In this document: positions 27,594-35,181 of the stretch, piece after piece
How the letters are laid out: each line of letters opens with the position of its first letter
Position numbering within the stretch: position 1 is the first letter of the stretch
DNA from: Streptosporangiaceae bacterium
GTDB lineage: Bacteria; Actinomycetota; Actinomycetes; Streptosporangiales; Streptosporangiaceae
Direction of reading: 5' to 3'
Length of the DNA stretch: 64,000 nucleotides
NCBI GenBank assembly: GCA_025964695.1
Contig: JAOPYK010000149.1
Coordinates: 15,278-79,277, forward strand
Notes under the pieces: generated by a model
Told to the model about the DNA's origin: nothing
The model's database searches: none
What the model saw: the letters and a program-made list of their open reading frames with translations, nothing else
Made by a program: the position numbers and the translations under genes

Positions 27594-28514
27594 TTGCAAT
27601 CCGTGTCAAATAGTGATGAGACGGTCGAGGGTGGACAGGAGCCCCCTCCGCCACAGGTGAACCCGGATCCTCCAGCGGTCCAGGAATCGGTCAGGGAACC
27701 CGTGACAGAGTTGCCGGTTGCAGATCAGCCGGTCACGGAGCCCGTGACCGCGGTGCCAGGGCCCCTTCCGGTAGGGATCCCCGGCCAGGGGCAGCCGCCG
27801 CGCTCGCGGCGCCGCCGGATCCGCACCACCGCGCTCATCGCACTGGGAGTCCTGGGGCTGGGCGCGCTCGGGGGTGGCGGTTTCGCCGTCGTCCGGGAGA
27901 TGACCCGGCCGCCGACCACCGCCGAGGTCGATGCGGCGGGCACCGCCGAGAGCCGGTTGAGATGGCGGCTCCGGTCGGCGGGCGAGATCTTCCCGGCCAC
28001 CGTCCCGTACATGAACGGCTGGGTCGGCGACAAGCGGCAAGCCCACCGGATCGGCGTCGCCTCGGCGGCGGGCTGCGCGCAGGCCTTGGATCGGGAGGTC
28101 GCCGAGGCGGTGGCCAAGCAGGGCTGTCTCACGGTCCTGCGGGCCACCTACGCGGACCAGTCGGGCGCCTTGCTGATGACGCTGGGCGTCGCCGTGATGC
28201 CGGATGAGGACAAGGCGGATGCGGCCGAATCCGCGCTGCAAGCGGTACGCGAGAGCCGGGGCGTTCGCCCGGCGGCCTTCCCGAACACCGTGGCCGAGCG
28301 ATTCGGCGACTCTCAGCGCCAGGTGCTGAGCATGCAGTCGAACCACACCTCCTACCTCTTCCTGTCCGCCGAGGGCTGGGCCGATGGCCGTCCGAAGGTC
28401 AAGGCGAGTGATCGGGTGGAGGACTTCAGCTTCTCCGGCGAGATCCTGACGGCCGTGATCGGCAAGTTCGCGCGCAGCGGGGCGCCCTGCGGAGCCAAGG
28501 AGGTCCAGTGCTGA
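27594..28514 (+). CDS. Membrane-anchored 4-Cys hypothetical protein (subtilase partner 3); start uncertain
   Basis: Pro-rich N-terminus, RRRR + TM; AGEIFP, GCLTVLRATYADQ, DGRP, CGAKEVQC-stop. Confidence 0.8.
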   Translation: MQSVSNSDETVEGGQEPPPPQVNPDPPAVQESVREPVTELPVADQPVTEPVTAVPGPLPVGIPGQGQPPRSRRRRIRTTALIALGVLGLGALGGGGFAVVREMTRPPTTAEVDAAGTAESRLRWRLRSAGEIFPATVPYMNGWVGDKRQAHRIGVASAAGCAQALDREVAEAVAKQGCLTVLRATYADQSGALLMTLGVAVMPDEDKADAAESALQAVRESRGVRPAAFPNTVAERFGDSQRQVLSMQSNHTSYLFLSAEGWADGRPKVKASDRVEDFSFSGEILTAVIGKFARSGAPCGAKEVQC

Positions 28515-29899
28515 AGCGCATCACCGTGGGTGCGGGGCTGCTCACGCTCCTGCTGCCGGGCACCGTCGTCGTCCCGTCCGCAGCCCAGGCCGATGATCTC
28601 GCCGTGGTCAAGCAGCTCGTCCGCGATCTGAACGCGGCCCGGCGCATCACCAAGGGCAGGGGCATCACGGTCGCGATCGTCAGCACCGGAGTGGACGGGT
28701 CGGTCGGCTCGCTGCGCGGCAAGGTCAAACCCGGCAGGGATTTCGTGAACAACGGCCATCCCAAGAAGATCACAGGCACCTTGCTGGCCTCGTTGATCGC
28801 AGGGGCCGGCCTCACCCACTATTCGCCGGTCGGCATGCGGGGTCTCGCCTCCGGTACGGACATCCTGCCGGTCCGGATCGCTCCTGATCAGGAGGAGCCG
28901 GGCAGCAAGGCGTTCTACGGACGCTCGGACTTCACGGAGATCGAGGCGAAGGGGATTCGCTACGCGGCCGACCAGGGTGCCCAGATCATCTGCATCGATT
29001 TCTACTCGTGGGGAGACGACGTGGCACCTATTCGGGCCGCTGTCTCCTATGCGCTGTCGAAGAACGCGACGGTCGTCGCCGGCGCTGCCCGTGGCAGCGA
29101 CGACGAGACCGTCCCGATCTTCCCTGCCGCTGAGCCGGGCGTCATCGGGGTGGGCGCTCTCGACACCAAAGGTCATCGGATCGCCAAGCTGTCCGCCAGG
29201 AACAGTTCGGTCATCGTCGGGGCACCGGGGTTCACGTTCCCCTCCATCGGGCCCGGCGACTCGCTCTGGACCGTCAAGGGCCCCCTCCCCGCCGTGGCCT
29301 GGGTGGCCTCGACCGCGGCACTGGTCCGGGCGGAGCATCCCAAACTGACCCAGGCTCAGGTCGCGCAGGTGATCACCTCTTCGGCCCACCATCCCACCTC
29401 GGGTTATGACACCGAGGTCGGATTCGGGGTCATCAACCCCGTGGGCGCGCTCAAAGCGGCGGAGGCACTGGAGAAGAGCCCTTCCGCCGTCGCCGGCCGG
29501 GGCGCGGTCGGGGACAAGGCGCGCTTCGGAGGGCACCCGCCCGCGAAGATCCAGGCCGTACGTCACAGCAAGGGCCTGCTGGCCGGCTTCGGCGGACTCG
29601 CCGCGGCCGGACTCCTCGCCATCGTGCTGGCGGCAATCCTGGCGATCCGAGGGCGACGCCGCTCCACCGCCCTCGCCACGACCCCGGGCATGTCTCCGGC
29701 CGCAGCGGAGGGCCCGGCCCCGGCCGCGCCGCCAGGCATGTCTCCGGGCACAACACCGGCCGTGTCGCCACTCGGATCCCCGGGGACGCCACCGGCCGGC
29801 CCACGGTCCGCCGCGACCAGTGACGAAAGCGGTCCGGACGGCGCTCTCCCCGAGAGGGATCCGACCGGCGAGCCGGGAGTGGCGGAGGAGACCGGGTGA
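28508..29899 (+). CDS. S8 subtilase homolog lacking catalytic residues (pseudoprotease)
   Basis: Collinear with the two paralogs but D->S (IVSTG), H->T (ITGT), N->R (AARG), S->L (GPLPA); signal peptide, TM and Pro/Ala tail retained. Confidence 0.8.
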   Translation: MLKRITVGAGLLTLLLPGTVVVPSAAQADDLAVVKQLVRDLNAARRITKGRGITVAIVSTGVDGSVGSLRGKVKPGRDFVNNGHPKKITGTLLASLIAGAGLTHYSPVGMRGLASGTDILPVRIAPDQEEPGSKAFYGRSDFTEIEAKGIRYAADQGAQIICIDFYSWGDDVAPIRAAVSYALSKNATVVAGAARGSDDETVPIFPAAEPGVIGVGALDTKGHRIAKLSARNSSVIVGAPGFTFPSIGPGDSLWTVKGPLPAVAWVASTAALVRAEHPKLTQAQVAQVITSSAHHPTSGYDTEVGFGVINPVGALKAAEALEKSPSAVAGRGAVGDKARFGGHPPAKIQAVRHSKGLLAGFGGLAAAGLLAIVLAAILAIRGRRRSTALATTPGMSPAAAEGPAPAAPPGMSPGTTPAVSPLGSPGTPPAGPRSAATSDESGPDGALPERDPTGEPGVAEETG

Positions 29900-29914
29900 C
29901 GCGAGAATCGGCCG

Positions 29915-30220
29915 ATGCCGGCAGATCCCGATGACTACGCCGAGTTCGTACTCGAGGTGGTCGAGCGCATCCCGCGTGGACGAGTCATGTCGTACGGAGA
30001 CGTCGCGGAGTTCCTCGGGCTCGGTGGTCCTCGCCAGGTCGGCAGGGTGATGTCGATGAGCGGTGGCGGGGTCCCGTGGTGGCGGGTGATCCGGGCCGAC
30101 GGCAGTCCTCCGCCCGGCCACGAGCAGCGGGCTCTGGATCACTATCGCGAAGAGGGCACGCCGATGCGCCCGGGCGGCATCAGGGTCGATATGCGGCGGG
30201 CCCGCTGGGACGGTACGTGA
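29915..30220 (+). CDS. Alkyltransferase-like (ATL/MGMT family) protein
   Basis: IPRGRVMSYGDVA, PRQVG, VPWWRV (Trp in place of the MGMT active Cys). Confidence 0.9.
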   Translation: MPADPDDYAEFVLEVVERIPRGRVMSYGDVAEFLGLGGPRQVGRVMSMSGGGVPWWRVIRADGSPPPGHEQRALDHYREEGTPMRPGGIRVDMRRARWDGT

Positions 30221-30221
30221 C

Positions 30222-31163
30222 GTGGCTGGACGTCCCCCCAGATGGCTCGCCGCCGCCACGCTGCTCACAGTCGGAACCCTGCTCGCCGGCTGCTCGACCC
30301 ACGATGAGTCGGCGGCGGCGACTCCCACCCGGGGCTCCCCGACCGTGACACCGTCCGGCACGCCCGGCCCCACCGCCCGCCCGGCCGTCCCGCACAAGCC
30401 CAAACGGCTGGACCGTAAGAAGCTGACCAGGGTGATCGACGGCTACCTGGCCGACCGGGCGAGCGGTGTGACGGTCGAGATGGTGGACCGTACGACGGGG
30501 GCCTCTTTCCGTTACCACCCCGGCGGCGAGTACATCACGGCCAGTGCCGTCAAGGTGGACATCCTCATGACACTCCTGCTCCAGCGACAGCGCAAGCACC
30601 GCGCGCTCACCGCCGCCGAACGCGCGGACGCCGCCCTCATGATCCGCTACAGCGACAACCACGCCGCCGACCGGCTGTATGTGAAGGTCGGCGGCGCGAG
30701 CGGCGTCGCCGCCGCCAACCGCAAATTCCACCTGACTGAGACCGACCCCGTCGACGGCAAATGCAAGGACCTGCTCTGCTGGAGTCTCACCCAGACCACG
30801 GCGAGGGACCAGCGCCGGCTGCTGGAGGCGCTGCTCAGCCCCAAGAGCGCACTGAACGCCAGGAACCGGACGTACGTCCTCGGCCTGATGAGCAAGGTCA
30901 TCAAGGCGGAGTCGTGGGGCATAAGCGCGGCAGCCCGCAAGGGTGACAAGGTCGCTCTGAAGAACGGCTGGATGACCCTGCAACGCGACGGCGAGCACTG
31001 GGTCATCGACAGCATCGGCCGGGTCCAGGGGCATGGTCATGACTTCCTCATCGCGGTCCTCACCTGGCACAACCCCACCGACGGCTATGGCGTCACGACC
31101 GTCCAGCACGTCGTGGAACTGGCGGCCAGGGAGTTCCGCAAGACCACTCCCTGGCTCGGATAA
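30222..31163 (+). CDS. Class A beta-lactamase-like serine hydrolase, lipoprotein
   Basis: Lipobox LAGC; SAVK (SxxK), SDN, KNG. Confidence 0.85.
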   Translation: MAGRPPRWLAAATLLTVGTLLAGCSTHDESAAATPTRGSPTVTPSGTPGPTARPAVPHKPKRLDRKKLTRVIDGYLADRASGVTVEMVDRTTGASFRYHPGGEYITASAVKVDILMTLLLQRQRKHRALTAAERADAALMIRYSDNHAADRLYVKVGGASGVAAANRKFHLTETDPVDGKCKDLLCWSLTQTTARDQRRLLEALLSPKSALNARNRTYVLGLMSKVIKAESWGISAAARKGDKVALKNGWMTLQRDGEHWVIDSIGRVQGHGHDFLIAVLTWHNPTDGYGVTTVQHVVELAAREFRKTTPWLG

Positions 31164-31359
31164 TTCGAGTGACCTTTCCCGGGCGACCCTTTATCGTCTT
31201 TTATGAGTCGCCCCGGCAGGCTCAGGAGCGAGCGGCCTTACGGAAGCCGTGCATTCGGAACAGTCATCCTGTGATAACTGGTTTCCCATCCGAAAGCTCG
31301 TCCTTCATATCGGGACCTGATTCGGGGCGGCTCCCCTTTGCGAAAGACGGGAGAACGTC

Positions 31360-32211
31360 ATGACCCAGACCAGCGATGTCATCATCAAGTCCACCCACCG
31401 TGGCCTCCGTTACGAGGACGGCAGGCTGACCGGCGTGCTCGAGGCCGGCCGCTACGAGCTGCCGCAGGCCCCGACCTGGCGCAAGCGCGTCCCCGTCACC
31501 GAGATCGTGCTGGTCGACATGCGTGAGCGCGAGTTGACCCTCAAGGGCCAGGAGATCCTCACCTCGGACAAGGTCGCGGTCCGGGTCAGCATCATCACGC
31601 TGTTCCGGGTCGTCGATCCGGTCGCGGCGCTGGAGAAGGTGGCCTCCTACGAGGACCGGCTTTACAGCGACGTTCAGCTTGCCGCGCGCCGGTCGCTGGC
31701 GTCCATGACGCTGGAGGCCATTCTCACCAATCGCAATCAGCTCAGCGAGGATATTCTCAGCGATGTCACGGATGCCGCCGCCGGTTATGGAGTCGCCATT
31801 CTCCGGGCCGATGTCAAGGATCTGGTGTTCCCCGGTAATCTTCAGGAGATCATGAACCGGGTGCTCACCGCCGAGCGGCTCAGCGAGGCCCACCTCGTCG
31901 AGGCGCGCACGAAGGCCGAGCGGGAGGCCATCGAGGCCAGGTCGCGGGCCGAGACCGAGCGGGTCGTGGCGCAGACGCGGCGCGAGGCGGAGCGGATGGC
32001 CGCCGAGGGCGAGGCGGAGGCCTACCGGATCCGGGCCGAGGCGGAGGCCGAGGCGCTGCGGATGCACGCCGACGCGGCGGCGGCCTACTCCGAGCACCCG
32101 GTGCTGCTGCGGGTTCGTGAGCTGGAGACCCTCTCCCGGCTGGCCACCAACGCCTCCGCCCGGATCTACGTCGGTTTCGACAAGCACGCGGACCTGGAGC
32201 CGCTCCCGTGA
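31360..32211 (+). CDS. SPFH / band 7 (slipin-like) protein
   Basis: VDMRERELT..GQEILTSDKV, GVAILRADVKDL, Ala/Glu-rich coiled coil, LRVRELETL; no TM seen. Confidence 0.85.
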   Translation: MTQTSDVIIKSTHRGLRYEDGRLTGVLEAGRYELPQAPTWRKRVPVTEIVLVDMRERELTLKGQEILTSDKVAVRVSIITLFRVVDPVAALEKVASYEDRLYSDVQLAARRSLASMTLEAILTNRNQLSEDILSDVTDAAAGYGVAILRADVKDLVFPGNLQEIMNRVLTAERLSEAHLVEARTKAEREAIEARSRAETERVVAQTRREAERMAAEGEAEAYRIRAEAEAEALRMHADAAAAYSEHPVLLRVRELETLSRLATNASARIYVGFDKHADLEPLP

Positions 32212-32281
32212 CCAGGTGATCTGGACCGGGGGCCGTGGTCCCGCGTTCCCGATCGGAAGCGCGAGATCACCTCCACTCCTT

Positions 32282-32322
32282 CGTGATCATGCAATCGATG
32301 GACGGTCGGTTGCATGATCACG
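32282..32322. repeat. GTGATCATG-armed palindrome (17-bp stem) between convergent genes
   Basis: cgtgatcatgcaatcga...tcggttgcatgatcacg; tcgtgatcatgcaatc (32281-32296) is identical to 62358-62373. Confidence 0.75.
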
Positions 32323-32374
32323 GCGGGAGCGGGTCGTCGTCCACCAGGTCAGAGTCTGGGAGACCGCGTCTCTA

Positions 32375-33148
32375 TCAGCGGCCGGAGACGCGGCCTCGCA
32401 GGCCGTCGTCCAGTCCCGGGCCGCGCAGGAGTTCGGCGAAGGCGGCGTCCTCCTGTTGCCGGGCACGCAGGATCCGGTCGCGGTGAGCGTCGCCGACCAG
32501 ACGCTTGGTGGCCAGCAGCGACGCCAGCGGCTTGGCCGCGATCTCCCGGGCCAGCTCATGCGTGGTCTCCAGCAAGGTCTCGGCCGGGCAGGTACGCAGG
32601 GCCAGACCGGATGCCACGGCCTGGTCCGCGGTGATCCACCGTGAGGCGTACAGGGCCAGGGCGGCCTGCTGGTGCCCCATCCGCAGCGGCAGGAGGTAGC
32701 TGCTGGCCGCCTCCGGGGCGACCCCCATCGAGGTGAAGGGCGCGAGCAGCCGGGCATGCTCTGCGACCAGTACCAAGTCGCAGTGTGCCAGCATCGTGAG
32801 GCCGAGACCCACCCCGGAACCGTTGACCGCGGCCAGCAGCGGTTTGGGAAATTCGATCAGCACGTCCAGCAGGGTTCCGAAACCCTTGCCCGTGTCCGCC
32901 GAGCTCTCACCGGCGGCGTGGGCTTGGGCGATGACGGCCATCTCGTTCAGGTCGGTGCCCGAGGAGAAGGACGTCCCGGCACCGGTGAGCAGCACGACCG
33001 ACACGCCATCGTCGCGGCCCGACGCGTCCAGCGCGCCGGCGAGCGCGAGATAGAGGTCCTCGTTGAAGGCGTTGGCCGCCTCCGGCCGCTGGAAGGTCAG
33101 CGTCCGGACCTTCTCCCGATCGTCGACTCCGAGAACCTCGGTCGGCAT
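32375..33148 (-). CDS. Enoyl-CoA hydratase/isomerase family
   Basis: FSSGTDL, KPLLAAVNG..VGLG, GVAPEAASS. Confidence 0.9.
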   Translation of the reverse strand: MPTEVLGVDDREKVRTLTFQRPEAANAFNEDLYLALAGALDASGRDDGVSVVLLTGAGTSFSSGTDLNEMAVIAQAHAAGESSADTGKGFGTLLDVLIEFPKPLLAAVNGSGVGLGLTMLAHCDLVLVAEHARLLAPFTSMGVAPEAASSYLLPLRMGHQQAALALYASRWITADQAVASGLALRTCPAETLLETTHELAREIAAKPLASLLATKRLVGDAHRDRILRARQQEDAAFAELLRGPGLDDGLRGRVSGR

Positions 33149-33370
33149 GTCGGTCCCTCCTCGTTCCGTGATCTGACGAGCGTGATCGAGTATCCATATG
33201 TTGTACCAACGCCCGTCACCGGGGTCCTTCTGTGCCTAGCCGGCCCGGCCCAGGCCCGCTGAACCGGCGCTGGCGGTAAGGCTCAGGGATCCCCCCGGGC
33301 GGAATGTCGGCTGCCGGCCGAGCGTAGTGTTTGCCATGGTTTGGGCCACGTCGGCGCGGAGCTGGGTGGG

Positions 33371-34369
33371 GTGATGGCGGCCGAAGATCCAGCGGCGTAT
33401 GAGCTGGAGAACCTGCTCTTGCAGCATCGCCGCCGGTACACCAGCAGGGAGGTGGCCGGTCTCGCCGGTGTGCCCGTCTACCGGGCGCGCCGGTTCTGGC
33501 GTGCGCTGGGTTTCGCGAACGTCGGCGATGAGGCGGTGGAGTTCACCAACGCGGATGTGGACGCACTGGTGGTGCTGCTCCGGCTGGTCACCGAAGGGGT
33601 GTTCGACGAGCAGCATGCGCTGCTGCTGGCCAGGTCACTGGGGCGTGCGGCGGCGAGGCTGGCCGAGTCGCAGGCGGAGCTCAGCCGGGAACTGCTCGAC
33701 CAGGTCGGCGTGGCGGCCGACGAACGGGCTCAGGTCCTGAGCCGTACGGTGCCGGACCTGCTGCCCGACCTCGAGCGATTGCTGACCTATACCTGGCGTA
33801 GGCAGCTCGCCGCCTCGGTGGGACGGGTCCTGCAGACCGATCAGGAGGCTCGCGCCACCCGGTTGGCCGTGGGGTTCGCGGACCTGGTCGGGTTCACCCG
33901 GTTGAGCCGGCACCTGGAGGAACTGGACCTCGCCCGGCTGGTCGACCGATTCGAGGGCCGGTCCGCTGACCTGGTGACCGCCGGGCGCGGCCGGGTGGTC
34001 AAGACCCTGGGTGATTCGGTGATGTTCGTGGCCGACTCGGCTCCGGAGGCCGCGGAGATCGCGCTTCAGCTGGTGGAGGTGCACGCGGGGGAGCGGACCG
34101 TTCCGCCGGTACGGGTCGGCGTCGCGCTCGGCCCGGTGCTCGCGCGAATGGGGGACGTGTTCGGGAGCACCGTGAACCTGGCGAGCAGGCTCACCGCGCT
34201 GGCGGCGCCGGATCAGGTGCTGGTGGACGCGCGCATGAGCGCCGGCCTGACCGGTCGCCGCCGGTTCAAGCTCAGCCAGGTCGGGCCCCTTGTCGCCCGC
34301 GGCTTCGACGAGGTGACCGCCTTCACGCTGGAGAGGCGCCCGCGGGAGCCCGGTTCCGGTTCGGCCTGA
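33371..34369 (+). CDS. Class III adenylate/guanylate cyclase with N-terminal regulatory domain
   Basis: VGFADLVGFT, VKTLGDSVMF, GDVFGSTVNLASRL. Confidence 0.92.
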   Translation: MMAAEDPAAYELENLLLQHRRRYTSREVAGLAGVPVYRARRFWRALGFANVGDEAVEFTNADVDALVVLLRLVTEGVFDEQHALLLARSLGRAAARLAESQAELSRELLDQVGVAADERAQVLSRTVPDLLPDLERLLTYTWRRQLAASVGRVLQTDQEARATRLAVGFADLVGFTRLSRHLEELDLARLVDRFEGRSADLVTAGRGRVVKTLGDSVMFVADSAPEAAEIALQLVEVHAGERTVPPVRVGVALGPVLARMGDVFGSTVNLASRLTALAAPDQVLVDARMSAGLTGRRRFKLSQVGPLVARGFDEVTAFTLERRPREPGSGSA

Positions 34370-34464
34370 CTTTGGTGGATGGTCGTCACGTCCTTTGGGG
34401 GCTCGAGGAGGTGACCTGATCTGACGGTGCCTTCACCAACGACACGGCAGGCGGGTGGAGGACG

Positions 34465-34950
34465 TCACATTACCCGGTGGCCGTACATCTCCCCGAGGGG
34501 GTCGGCGAGCAGTTCCAGCCGCGCTCCGTCGGGATCGCGGAAGTAGATCGAGGCGTCGCTCTCGAGGTGGTACTCCACCCCGGCGGCGTCCAGCTTGCCG
34601 CGCAGCCGCTCCCAGTTCGCCCGCTCCACCGAGATGGCGACATGGTGCAGGCCGCCCAGCACCTCCTGGTACGGGCCCAGATCCAAGCCCGGGAAGTCGA
34701 AGAACGCCAGCAGGTTGCCGTTGCCGATGTCGAAGAAGAAGTGGTTGGAGCCCTTGTAGTCCCTGTTCTCGAAGATCTCGGTGAGCGGGAACTCCAGCAG
34801 GTCCTGGTAGAAGCGCACCGTACGCTCGACGTCCGAGGAGAGCATCGCGAAATGGTGCAGTCCCTGGGCAGAGCTGGCCGGGCGGTCCTCGCGGAGGTAC
34901 GTCTCCCGGATCCGGGACCGCTCGGCCTCGATCGCGGCCAGATCGATCAT
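34465..34950 (-). CDS. VOC / glyoxalase family protein
   Basis: GLHHFAM, FYQDLL, HFFFDIGNG, LHHVAI, IYFRDPDGARLEL. Confidence 0.88.
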   Translation of the reverse strand: MIDLAAIEAERSRIRETYLREDRPASSAQGLHHFAMLSSDVERTVRFYQDLLEFPLTEIFENRDYKGSNHFFFDIGNGNLLAFFDFPGLDLGPYQEVLGGLHHVAISVERANWERLRGKLDAAGVEYHLESDASIYFRDPDGARLELLADPLGEMYGHRVM

Positions 34951-35181
34951 GATCACACCTCGCTGTGTCCGATGGTTGAAATCGAGACTACATACCGGGT
35001 GTGTCCAGGGACATCCCTGCGGGTCCAGCCCGTCCAGGACGAGCGCCACCCAGACGCCGTGCCTTGTGGCCACGGCACAGCGCATCGGGTGGTGGCCGAG
35101 GGGTGATCGTTTAAAGCGGCATTTGCGACATGCCGCCAACCTGGTCGGACATGGGCCGATCTTCTGCTGGAATCAACAGTT

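Noticed and set aside
23434-29899. Calling the subtilase array a type VII secretion (ESX) locus
   Set aside because: No WXG100, EccB/C/D/E or FtsK-ATPase genes in the window; only the protease topology is mycosin-like
29915-30220. Cys-to-Trp change in the MGMT-like protein as a novel pseudo-enzyme
   Set aside because: This is the established signature of the ATL family
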